From Opitutales bacterium (lineage in GTDB: Bacteria > Verrucomicrobiota > Verrucomicrobiia > Opitutales > JABSRG01), in the NCBI GenBank assembly GCA_049599475.1, contig JBMYOQ010000049.1, positions 1 through 33,734 of the forward strand: a DNA stretch of 33,734 nt, given 5' to 3'. Made by a program: the position numbers and the translations under genes. Under the pieces are notes generated by a model. That model did no database searches and was not told the DNA's origin. It was given only the letters and a program-made list of their open reading frames with translations. Below are positions 7,901 to 14,743 of this stretch, piece after piece (the stretch's first letter is position 1; each line of letters begins with the position of its first letter).

Positions 7901-10608
7901 ATGGTTACGCCCTCAACTGATGTGCGGTTAATGTAATCCGATTTAGAATACACTCTGTTTATGGAGTCGCCACGAGTCACAATGATGTCTGAGAGCGGCT
8001 GTGTCCAAGCTAAGGGTGCGCTCGTCGTATTGACCGATACTCTGACATAGGCTCTGTCTGGAAGTGGGTCACCGGGGTAGCGGATTTCGATTCTGAACTC
8101 ATCTGGTTCATCAGCCGTTGCGGCGGTTGGTGTGCCTTCAAACCAAAAGTGTGTATCATTGCTCCCTACTTGAAGCCATGTGGGTGCTACGGCACCGCCA
8201 GACAGCTCTATGTTTGGAGGGCTGATGCGGTTGAAGGTGAGGTTTGTGAGGTCGCGCCCCGCCGCGTATAAATAAAGGTCGGATAAGGGGAACTCTCGAC
8301 GGTAAGGGACGTTTACCACCGCGTCGTCGAGATAAATTGCAGTATTTTTCCAATCGGGGCTGCGGAGCGGTGCCGGTTCATATGAGTGAGAGACGTTGCT
8401 GATTCTCAGTTGGTCCATGGCCCCGTGGAAGGGGGCTACATTGCTCCCATCACTGTTGTTGCCCAAAAAGAGAGGGAGGGTGTTGTCTGCAAAGGTTTCA
8501 TCTTGATACGATTGGATTTGCAAACTGTGACCATCCAGCCAGAGGCCGAGTATCCCTGGATTGTTGTCGGTGTCTGGATCTGGATCGTGATCCCAGGTGA
8601 GTGCGACATGATGCCAAGTGTGTGCTTGAGCGCTATCTTGTCTTTGTGAGATTACAGTACGGATTGTGTTTCCGTTACCGATTTTGATTTCCCAATGTCC
8701 GGTACCCAGCCGTGTGATACGGTATCCAGTGTTGGATGCTTCATCGAGCTTATCGAATATGATCTGGTTGTTTCCGCCATCGACATTTTCAAACTGAACC
8801 GATGCTTCGACTGTGAAGCTGGTCACTGTCGGCGTATTCCCTAAGGCCCCGGGGATGCCGACATTGAGAATTCTGACGCGATCGCCAGAGCCGTCGAATG
8901 TGACTCCGCTACCAAACCTTCCGGCTGTCTCGGCCAATGAAGCATTGCCCAGTAGAAACAATCGCTGGTCTCCACGGGAGAGGTCCTCGGGGCTCATGTC
9001 CCAAGTCCACAGGGTCCCTGGGTCGGTATCCTGATATTCAAACCAATATTTCGCATATTCAGAACGTTTCCACCACTCATCGTCAAAGAGGGTCGGAAAG
9101 GCTGTGTCTTTGTATTGGTTGATTTGTGTATCGTAGCTCTGGACGAGTTCGTCGTAGATGGCGGTTTCCGTATCGCGCAGATCGTCTGTTTCGGTTAGGT
9201 CACTTGAGTCTGCAACATTGAACAATTCACTTTGCGACCCACCGTTATTACGCACATATTTATAATTGCCCTCGCGGACGGCTTCGCCGTTTCCGTAGGT
9301 GCGCTTCCAAAAGAGTTGCCGAGTGCTCAGAGGGGAGGGATCTGTAGGGGCTGTCGTTTTTAGATAGTTTAGGATGTTTTGACCATCGAGAGCGAGAGGT
9401 TTGGTGACTTGCGCTTCTTCAACAATCGAGGCCATGATATCCAGTGCAATGACTGGTTGGTCGAAGGTGCGTGGTGTATCTGGCGTGTGTGGATTCCCGT
9501 TGATCACACCGGGCCACCGCACAGCGAAAGGCACGCGAATTCCTCCTTCATACATATCGTTTTTGTGTCCCCGCAGCGGTGTATTGAAAGAAGCATCTCT
9601 GGCTTGACCGCCATTGGATCCGCCATTGTCAGAAAGGAAGAATACAATCGTATTGTTATTCAGGTCTGTATCCGATTCCAATAGGTCGAGAATTTGCCCG
9701 ACTCCCTTATCAACCGCTTGAATTAATGCTGCGTAATCTTTTCTTGGCCCGTTGGGAATGTGGTCGATGGCATCATTTAAATATTGTCGCGCCGGTTGTA
9801 GCGGGGTGTGTGGAGCATTGTAGGACAGGTATAACATGAACGGATTGTTGCCGCCGCTATTTTCTTGAATAAATTCCAGCGCTGCATTGGTCAGCGCATC
9901 GGTCAAATGAGGATCCTCTGTGGCCGGATTGAACGTAATTTTGTCCTCAAAATCTACGCGTTCGAAATTTTCAAGAATACGAGTACGGTAGCCGGAATAC
10001 CGAGGGTCCATGGTATACCAATTTTTGTCGGCCTCCGAAAGATCTTCTATGTCGGTGCTTGCCGGAGTGTAATCGTGCCCACCGGTAAGGAAGCCATAAA
10101 AATGATCGAAACCTCGATTGAGTGGATGATTCACGGGGTGATTACCCATGTGCCATTTACCAATAACGGAAGTGTTGTATCCCGCATTGCCGAGGACTTC
10201 TGCGATCGTTCTTTCGTTTAAGGGGAGGCCCGCGATGGGGTTGTGCGGATCGTTGCTCGCATTCGTCGTGAAGCCAAAACGATCCTGATAGCGCCCGGTC
10301 AGAAGACCCGCACGGCTGGGTCCACAGACGGAGTAGCTTACATAGCCATTGGTAAACATGACCCCTTCGTTGGCGATACGGTCGATCTGAGGAGTCGGAA
10401 TCTCTGATGGCAGTCCCGGAGTGCCAATGCTGCTGAGGTAGTCGTAGTTAAACCCAACATCAGCATAACCTTGGTCATCTGTTAAGATTATGATTAGGTT
10501 TGGAGTGGCTTGTTGGGCATTCAGTGTATTACCAAATGTAGAGACGAGGCTACACGCGCAGGCAAGCCGGGTAATTTTACTCAAAGCAAGTTTTGAGAAA
10601 ATTCTCAT
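1915..10608 (-). CDS. Giant secreted multidomain enzyme: Cys-type S1 sulfatase, LamG, Ig/cadherin-like repeats, right-handed beta-helix, T9SS-tail-like domain, three more LamG, Verrucomicrobia-type C-terminal domain, GH16
   Basis: 2897-aa ORF with a signal peptide. Sulfatase motifs PNLIIILTDDQG, CGPSRAGLLTG (Cys at 10324-10326), GKWHMG and FLSDNGG. Four LamG motifs (SFTVEA/W..WHH.A.TWD..F.G.MD..RIS). Beta-helix with DGQAFDVDF..NLFEYNYS. C-terminal GH16 WPAVWM...EIDIWE (2371-2388). Confidence 0.92.
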   Translation of the reverse strand: MRIFSKLALSKITRLACACSLVSTFGNTLNAQQATPNLIIILTDDQGYADVGFNYDYLSSIGTPGLPSEIPTPQIDRIANEGVMFTNGYVSYSVCGPSRAGLLTGRYQDRFGFTTNASNDPHNPIAGLPLNERTIAEVLGNAGYNTSVIGKWHMGNHPVNHPLNRGFDHFYGFLTGGHDYTPASTDIEDLSEADKNWYTMDPRYSGYRTRILENFERVDFEDKITFNPATEDPHLTDALTNAALEFIQENSGGNNPFMLYLSYNAPHTPLQPARQYLNDAIDHIPNGPRKDYAALIQAVDKGVGQILDLLESDTDLNNNTIVFFLSDNGGSNGGQARDASFNTPLRGHKNDMYEGGIRVPFAVRWPGVINGNPHTPDTPRTFDQPVIALDIMASIVEEAQVTKPLALDGQNILNYLKTTAPTDPSPLSTRQLFWKRTYGNGEAVREGNYKYVRNNGGSQSELFNVADSSDLTETDDLRDTETAIYDELVQSYDTQINQYKDTAFPTLFDDEWWKRSEYAKYWFEYQDTDPGTLWTWDMSPEDLSRGDQRLFLLGNASLAETAGRFGSGVTFDGSGDRVRILNVGIPGALGNTPTVTSFTVEASVQFENVDGGNNQIIFDKLDEASNTGYRITRLGTGHWEIKIGNGNTIRTVISQRQDSAQAHTWHHVALTWDHDPDPDTDNNPGILGLWLDGHSLQIQSYQDETFADNTLPLFLGNNSDGSNVAPFHGAMDQLRISNVSHSYEPAPLRSPDWKNTAIYLDDAVVNVPYRREFPLSDLYLYAAGRDLTNLTFNRISPPNIELSGGAVAPTWLQVGSNDTHFWFEGTPTAATADEPDEFRIEIRYPGDPLPDRAYVRVSVNTTSAPLAWTQPLSDIIVTRGDSINRVYSKSDYINRTSVEGVTIRLAEGSPNWLSIQSSPTEFRLYGTPSAAYNGSPISLVATFDETTATGSTNIIINEEPIPTDLNWLQTPDDIVMHVNDTLQVAYLKSDYFDAPAESVYVEILYGASPSWLKLTQDATHFYLSGYPSSGTGPTNIRLRANAYEIQRVRNFSITVNGDNRSPRTFYVEQGVGDLGTGASPSSPFDELDDIEDLTLVPGDQVRFARGSQWLGMMEIRDQDGSEGNEIYFSDYGDPLLPKPHFNGHGRMAAIILSNSDHIVIENLTISNFAYDTEFGRVYTPEDVADGLSHEPNALGQGDSFEIEQNARADRNIWDSPRHRLGILLEAWGELVTNVTLQNNTVNHIYGVMDKEGDSDGIDPIGGGSGIMVRSWGLDANSKGSFDGLYVWDNHIHDCIRNGIWGQYNYGRNSPASRVDHNYNVNVEFKRNLIERVPGDGLVVWGCEGAIVEHNIFRNFKPLTYHAANAAIGLWTIMSKDGEFRHNQVTDHQAEQDGQAFDVDFDTDGNLFEYNYSADNIGGVALLVGAQQNQDPSQNALNLVDPRARNNTFRYNLSINDGFRLDSGNSSFRNWGYAFEISGTAVDSWIHNNTFYIQDKPDGVGTEFVKFHTFQLAGNPIGFSDGTHFLNNVFFGSETMGNETFASDVPSGHGSPIFDANIYYDITKPDIELGSLESQFTTAGDNDYDLLLNKPLEQGSLSPAATIANGKTPSSVDFFGNTVLTNGLGIYSGEDSEYISMPQRLVEKFATIDILSSLSDVTVDVLDARKKPIFSEPISEVTLLGGDHLTYDLRGLSDGIYYLEVSSNSLPVTPYEIKFVKVDPLANELHTWHMNPGEEDPSDIPGITVAKRLQLRDGARFSPDAAKSFPSGLDLSLPESDTAVVAEGIDIPGTDSSFSVDAWVNFTTLNTGQRQFIFDKIANNRGYTISRQNNGIWYIDVGFGSTTTLITASAPPLEAGSWHHIALTWDAVSDNLAFWVDGNIFESWNIANEQFSDNTAADLYLGMRRNGSFNFQGFMDEVRISSEPLDHSLRWINTDLIQLAGIVPEVSFSSQAFKKQDHILLNNADGIVDVSIVEDIWLDIQQTDTEFTFFGTPGASLLSSPTVFTLRATDSSGTVADYIMTIDNDSNPERFWEEYTEDEYTLGIWNMYATDFGNGDGQISTEGNAAYVSNGGYPFAGTNNGGLSITNAGDHASIPGVHLDQGSSFTIEAWVKFNTLTTSGGKQHIFDKRWGWQGYRLIRNNDMSWEMSLGSGPTQDGSPNSYEVIETAPIEEIIEDTWHHIAMTWDSGTYSLTLWVDGVPRAESILPGYVFTDRTAEPLRLGTDRPNNDNAQFFGSIDALRLSSIARSFVPRTDDTNILWEWEMVSSEAGTGPGQIQLDGPSFTDYQGATVLDINGALDRAFIEDVVIDENTLGTPDMSFTIEATVWFDSLSGNSFILDKRSSWTGFSLEQRHDSRFRVRIGSGNNVDRYFTFFTDEVPLNVNQWHTIQLSWDALSQAATVTVDDSWTHTETFTDGLFIFVDNGSALYLGNNVSMTFDALDGKFDRVSISGGTSTSFGEGGNTYYSAWSGLYGITSGRDGNDDGDTWTNQAEYYFGSDPLNYSDPNILSVTGVGENPAVTYTYRTDANGTITYRLFRSSDLEHWYTAHTNDGLIQSNSGVTPASAPIDNQDGTATLTLLEDIPVGGEPHQFWVVEADENGIHDHNPPEGYSFEWIDNFSVFNGENWSKGLTNDVENVSNIIWNRQTGGENLLNNSYAGYITDEDVFVENGILYLQNQKRTYQGQNPPGVYEYTSGWINSKGKLLVNGTERGVYMEMRAKFPTGGNVWPAVWMVAEANVWPPEIDIWEYFGLHFSTQWGQNGGYDKMYMRYIYGPNFQNTTGVNYRIDDFSQIYNQPNEWNVYGFLWDDEKMEFTINGVVVHTKHRGEVSFPLPENDQIVPDEWWPNQDMAFVLNNGVMANGADGDNPEEEYWRAVETADSYWPNYLEIDYMVIYLEDQ

Positions 10609-11027
10609 AGGGGTATTATATTCGGGGTTTTGTATACTGAACTGGGGACCTTCAGGTTCGATGAGTCAGAGATCCTTAGATCGCAGATTAGCTTACTATC
10701 AAAACAGTCTTTTTTGGAAGCCTGTGCAGCGACGAACGGGTGACTTCAAAAAAAGTGCCGAAATAAGCGGGTAGAGCTTGGGGATCGCTGGGTAGAATGG
10801 GTGGGGGATGGTAACATCGTTATCGAGAGAGCGACAGAGATCTACCATCCGTGATCATACATCTATCTTCTAAATCACGATTTTTTCAGAAGTTAAAATA
10901 TGTATCTCAAACCGGAAAACTGCAGATTTATTAAGGAACCTGTTGAAGTCGGATAGGGCGAGGCGCGCGGCTCTCCGTAGAGTGAGTGAAGACGTGTCTC
11001 TGTTGCTTGGTGTCTTACTGAAACACT

Positions 11028-11054
11028 GCGGCAACCTCGAGATGCAGCCTTAAC
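11028..11054 (-). repeat. Degenerate REP (GGCTGC stem class)
   Basis: The reverse complement GTTAA-GGCTGCATC-TC-GAGGTTGCC-GC matches the 26720 element. A possible decayed partner head lies near 10951. Confidence 0.55.
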
Positions 11055-11117
11055 TTGTAATGCTAAATTAAACCATGCTCAGAGGTATTCGTCATCTATT
11101 TTCGAAATTTTGGCGAC

Positions 11118-13259
11118 TTAAAACCCGCTCATTGAAAGTGAAGTTGCGTCTTTCACAGTAATGGTGACACGGTCTGAGGCAATGAATGGATCTGCTCCTG
11201 AACCCTCGCCAGCTTCATCGTAAGGTATGTTAGTCGCTGAGAATTCGAATATGTATTCTCCGGCTTTTTGAAGTGTGACATGTGTCTGATCCTTTCCTGG
11301 ATCTGTTATCATTGCATCCGGTCCGCTTACTTGACGCCACGCGATTTCGATATCATCGGTAGCCAATATTGAGCCTTTCAACGTGACAATCTGCTTCCCT
11401 TCAACACCGAGTTTAATCACTTGGTCAGGGCCTGCGTCTACGAAAGAGCCGCGCTGGATCATTTTATCCAATTCCTCGCTCAGGGCTTCGACGACATGCT
11501 TGTATTTATGGCTGACATCGTTTGTTTGATCTAGTTTCCCGTCGACCATTTCAAATAACATCTCTCCACTATTGTTTGCTTGCCTAACGTATCGATAGCT
11601 CATTGCCCGCACCGAGTAGCTGAGCATCTCCTCGTTTTCCTGCTTTAATGTATCTCGGCGCCCGCCGTTTCCCGGATTGATCGTGGTGATTGCAACTCGG
11701 GGGCCGGTCCAGGAAGATGTATTGGGATTCTCAAGCAAGGGGACCAGGTTGTAACCACCTAATGAGACTCCATTACTATTTCTCACAGTTGGATCTCCCT
11801 CGATCCTGCAGAGATCTAGGAGCGTAGGATAGATGTCGACCAGGGAAACAGGGATATCACAATCTCCACCACCAGGAAGCGAAGGGACCCGAATCATGAG
11901 CGGAACTCGGCAGGTTTCCTCAAAAACGGTATCTTTTCCGATTTCGTTAAATTCGCCATTATGCCATCCATGATCGGATGTGATAATGACGATGGTGTTT
12001 TCTTTATAACCATTGCTGGCTATGCTATCCAAAATAATTCCGACGTTTGTGTCGAAATCATGGATACTTGCCAGGTATGCATGTGTGAGTTCCTTCAGCC
12101 CTCGCTTTAAGTCTCCTTCATAGTCCTCATAGAGGGCATGCAAGCGTTTCTGAGCTCGGGTGAACTCTGGGTCTGTGTTGTTGCGCCAATTTTTATCAAA
12201 GGTGAAATTGGCAAGTAGGGCATCCTGAGGTGCGAGTAAATCGATGTCTCCTAGATCGTGCGCAATCGCTCGAAAATGGGCGAGTTCGGAGTGGATAGGG
12301 GTGTGGGGCCTCACGAACCCGACATTGATGAAAAAACGCTCCTCGAGCTTATTCTCCCAAGTGCCTTTGAATGGCTTGCCGAAGTCGGAGTCGCGCTGGC
12401 CTTTGTCTAGCTCGAGTAGACGCACGACGGCCTCGGGATCTTCTTCCATGAGTTTTTGGATGAGGAGGGCATTTATCCGATCAGCGGTCATATAGCCCGC
12501 AGGGAATCCGGGGAGATCCTTCGAAACGCGTCGCCAGCGATTGGTCCATACTCCGTTGTTGATACCCTCTGCTCTTTCGAGGCTGCCAAATGTCATGAAA
12601 TGGTCTGACACCTCATTCTCAAACGGGTCTGCATTGGGCGTGCCAGATATAGCAAAGTTGAACAATCCCCCCGTTACCATGGCCCCGTCTCTGGAGTATT
12701 CTACCGTGGGTGCTTGAGTCGGAGCGGGATGAAAAGAATAACCTGAATCGTCTCTCCAAAACGGACCGTAAGATATCTTTTGCACGACAGTGCTCCAGCC
12801 CGTGTAATTGGCATTATGCTCAGTCTTACCGAAACTCAGAGACTGATAGCCGCGGTTTTTAAAATATTCCTGGATGGGTATGTTGTGCTTTAATGTCTCG
12901 TGGTTGTTGAGATACCCTTGTGCGCGGAATTTTGAATGGTAGGGTTGTGTCCCGGTGAGGAAGCTCACACGGCTTGGGCTGCACCATCCAGCGGGCGCCT
13001 GCGCATTGGTGAAATTGATTGCCGAATCTGAGAATTTATCGAGATTCGGTGTTTTTGCCTGCGGGTGATCCTGTAAAACGGATACATAATCATTTAAATC
13101 ATCTGCGACAATAAAGACTACATTGTAGTGGCCCGCTAATGATTCGGATTCGGCCTGTGTTTGTAAGCCCGCCAATAAGGCAAGAAGGCATAGCATTAGG
13201 GCCTGAGATTTTTTTGTTCGAGACCTGAGAACAAGGAAAGGGGACATACGAAAGATCAT
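11118..13259 (-). CDS. Secreted Cys-type S1 sulfatase (iduronate-2-sulfatase-like) with a C-terminal PKD/REJ-like Ig domain
   Basis: Signal peptide, NVVFIVADDLND, CSPSRVSFLTG, GFVRPHTP, TSDHGWHNGE..GKDTVFEE..RVPLMIRVP. The tail VDAGPDQVI...WRQVSGP lies at about 11150-11445. Confidence 0.9.
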   Translation of the reverse strand: MIFRMSPFLVLRSRTKKSQALMLCLLALLAGLQTQAESESLAGHYNVVFIVADDLNDYVSVLQDHPQAKTPNLDKFSDSAINFTNAQAPAGWCSPSRVSFLTGTQPYHSKFRAQGYLNNHETLKHNIPIQEYFKNRGYQSLSFGKTEHNANYTGWSTVVQKISYGPFWRDDSGYSFHPAPTQAPTVEYSRDGAMVTGGLFNFAISGTPNADPFENEVSDHFMTFGSLERAEGINNGVWTNRWRRVSKDLPGFPAGYMTADRINALLIQKLMEEDPEAVVRLLELDKGQRDSDFGKPFKGTWENKLEERFFINVGFVRPHTPIHSELAHFRAIAHDLGDIDLLAPQDALLANFTFDKNWRNNTDPEFTRAQKRLHALYEDYEGDLKRGLKELTHAYLASIHDFDTNVGIILDSIASNGYKENTIVIITSDHGWHNGEFNEIGKDTVFEETCRVPLMIRVPSLPGGGDCDIPVSLVDIYPTLLDLCRIEGDPTVRNSNGVSLGGYNLVPLLENPNTSSWTGPRVAITTINPGNGGRRDTLKQENEEMLSYSVRAMSYRYVRQANNSGEMLFEMVDGKLDQTNDVSHKYKHVVEALSEELDKMIQRGSFVDAGPDQVIKLGVEGKQIVTLKGSILATDDIEIAWRQVSGPDAMITDPGKDQTHVTLQKAGEYIFEFSATNIPYDEAGEGSGADPFIASDRVTITVKDATSLSMSGF

Positions 13260-13302
13260 GTAGATAGAGTGCTTGGGCTATTGTGGATTGTGAGTAGGCA
13301 AA

Positions 13303-13429
13303 GGTTGGGCTGCCGCCTCCGAGCCCGACTCTGCGTTGAGGCGAGGGCCCAAATAAAATTGAAGTAACAATGCTGTGCATCAGCTCGTAGATTCCGTAGT
13401 AATCGGAAGCTCGGAGATCGTCCGCCACC
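13303..13429. repeat. Degenerate inverted REP pair
   Basis: GGTTG-GGCTGCCGCC-TCC-GAGCCCGAC (+, 13303) and, on the minus strand, GGTGG-CGGACGATC-TCC-GAGCTTCCG (13403-13429). Both keep the TCCGAG core and the head/stem layout. Confidence 0.5.
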
Positions 13430-13499
13430 GCTATTTGCCTTATAGATAACGCGAAATGGCTGGACTTAACACCCACCGAATTACGGCTAAATCCGATGC

Positions 13500-13632
13500 G
13501 TCTAGATTCATTAATTTGCTACCAGCGCAGCGTGTTGGACCCCGTCTAGACTATACTCTACGCCTTGCCGCCGAACTTCCAGAATAACGAGCGGTGCGTA
13601 CTCACCATGGTTCCCCAACCATTAATCTAGAC
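13500..13632. promoter_or_regulatory. Three candidate GntR/HutC-type operator cores (GTCTAGAC-like)
   Basis: GTCTAGAT 13500-13507, GTCTAGAC 13544-13551 and ATCTAGAC 13625-13632, upstream of the minus-strand sulfatase. Confidence 0.3.
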
Positions 13633-13665
13633 GTGCTTAATCGAACCAAAACACGCTTGCTGATA

Positions 13666-13704
13666 GAAAATAAAAGCCCTGATTGTTTCTACGATCAGGG
13701 CTTT
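13666..13704 (-). terminator. Rho-independent terminator of the 13752-14072 gene
   Basis: AAAGCCCTGAT-N10-ATCAGGGCTTT perfect stem followed on the minus strand by TATTTTCT, about 50 nt after the stop. Confidence 0.8.
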
Positions 13705-13751
13705 GCTCGGAAATTAACAGGATTTCACTTCCTGAGGATGGCAAACAGGAA

Positions 13752-14072
13752 CTATGAACTCTTCTGTTCTGATACTTTCACGACCCAGGCAATAAAATCG
13801 AGGCCGCGTGCTGTTACCTTCGTGTTTGCACGAAGTGTAATGCGCTTGCCTACGAAAGGAGTGAGCTCCTCTTTTGGCTGTTCGGCCCAAGCGTAGTAGG
13901 TGGTGCCTGTGTCGGCTCTGAAGGTAATGTCGCCATCTCCATTTTTTGTGACGAGCCCGGGAGTGTTGATCGGACCGTTTTTCGCCTGTGGCGAATCGAT
14001 TTCCGCTTGGAGATTCATGGTCGCAAAAATCGCGAATGCGACGAATGTAAGGGTAGATAGGATTGTTTTCAT
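13752..14072 (-). CDS. Small secreted hypothetical protein (possibly OB-fold-like)
   Basis: ATG at 14072 gives MKTILSTLTFVAFAIFATMNLQA-E, a clear signal peptide. The mature part is beta-rich (FVGKRITLRA). It has its own terminator. Confidence 0.8.
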   Translation of the reverse strand: MKTILSTLTFVAFAIFATMNLQAEIDSPQAKNGPINTPGLVTKNGDGDITFRADTGTTYYAWAEQPKEELTPFVGKRITLRANTKVTARGLDFIAWVVKVSEQKSS

Positions 14073-14214
14073 AAGAGTGTTAGGGATGATAGACAAACAG
14101 AATAGCACCTCCAGAAATCCTTGGCGTTATTTTTGGAATCATAAGTGTCATTCAAAGCGTATTGTTTACTCAGTAAGTACTGTTTGAATACAGGATCTAG
14201 AAAAACATAAAATC

Positions 14215-14243
14215 GGTTGATTTGTCCTCTCCGAGACAGCCGC
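14215..14243 (+). repeat. Degenerate REP
   Basis: GGTTG-ATTTGTCCTC-TCC-GAGACAGCC-GC, followed by a spacer resembling that of the 26527 doublet (AGCGT.TA). Confidence 0.6.
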
Positions 14244-14554
14244 AGCGTTTTAGCCAGGTCCTAGGTGTCAGAACCGACTCATAGGATAACTTGGGACCAC
14301 ATTACTCTTTAAATGAAATTTCAATATCATTTAGCGGGTCATTCTACTCGCTCTACAAGCTCTTTATCCCCAAAAAACTGTGAAAAATTAGCTCCTTGGA
14401 ATCTCGTTTATTTTGTATTTTTAATCCAATACGTAGTTCCTGTTTTTGAAATGGTAAATTTCGCAATATCGAGCTGTAATCCGCTCTGGGATTATAAAAT
14501 GGGCTTGATGAATAGACCCTTGAAACGTATGTAAATGAATTGTGATTTATAGAA

Positions 14555-14622
14555 TTAGCCGAGTCGTTTCGAGGTATATCATCCAGCGCGCGGTTCTCGG
14601 TGAATGAACCCGACTTGGCTAA
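14555..14622. repeat. Inverted repeat enclosing a REP-like relic upstream of GH2
   Basis: TTAGCCGAGTCG (14555-14566) and CGACTTGGCTAA (14611-14622). The internal GCGGTTCTCGGTGAATGAACCCGAC resembles GCGGTTCTCTCGGAGAGAGAACCCTAC. Confidence 0.5.
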
Positions 14623-14743
14623 CGAGTACTTTAGTCGACTTTACTCACCGTGCGAAACACTCTGCACTGAGACCTTCGAATTATCCGTGAGATTTCTTTT
14701 GAGGTGAAAGCTGAGACGCATTCAGAATTTTAGCAGTTTAGAT

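Noticed and set aside
13099..14534. ORFs 13099..13476, 13594..13896, 13900..14187 and 14313..14534
   Set aside because: They run across REP relics, a terminator, other genes or AT-rich promoter DNA, and show no protein-like features.
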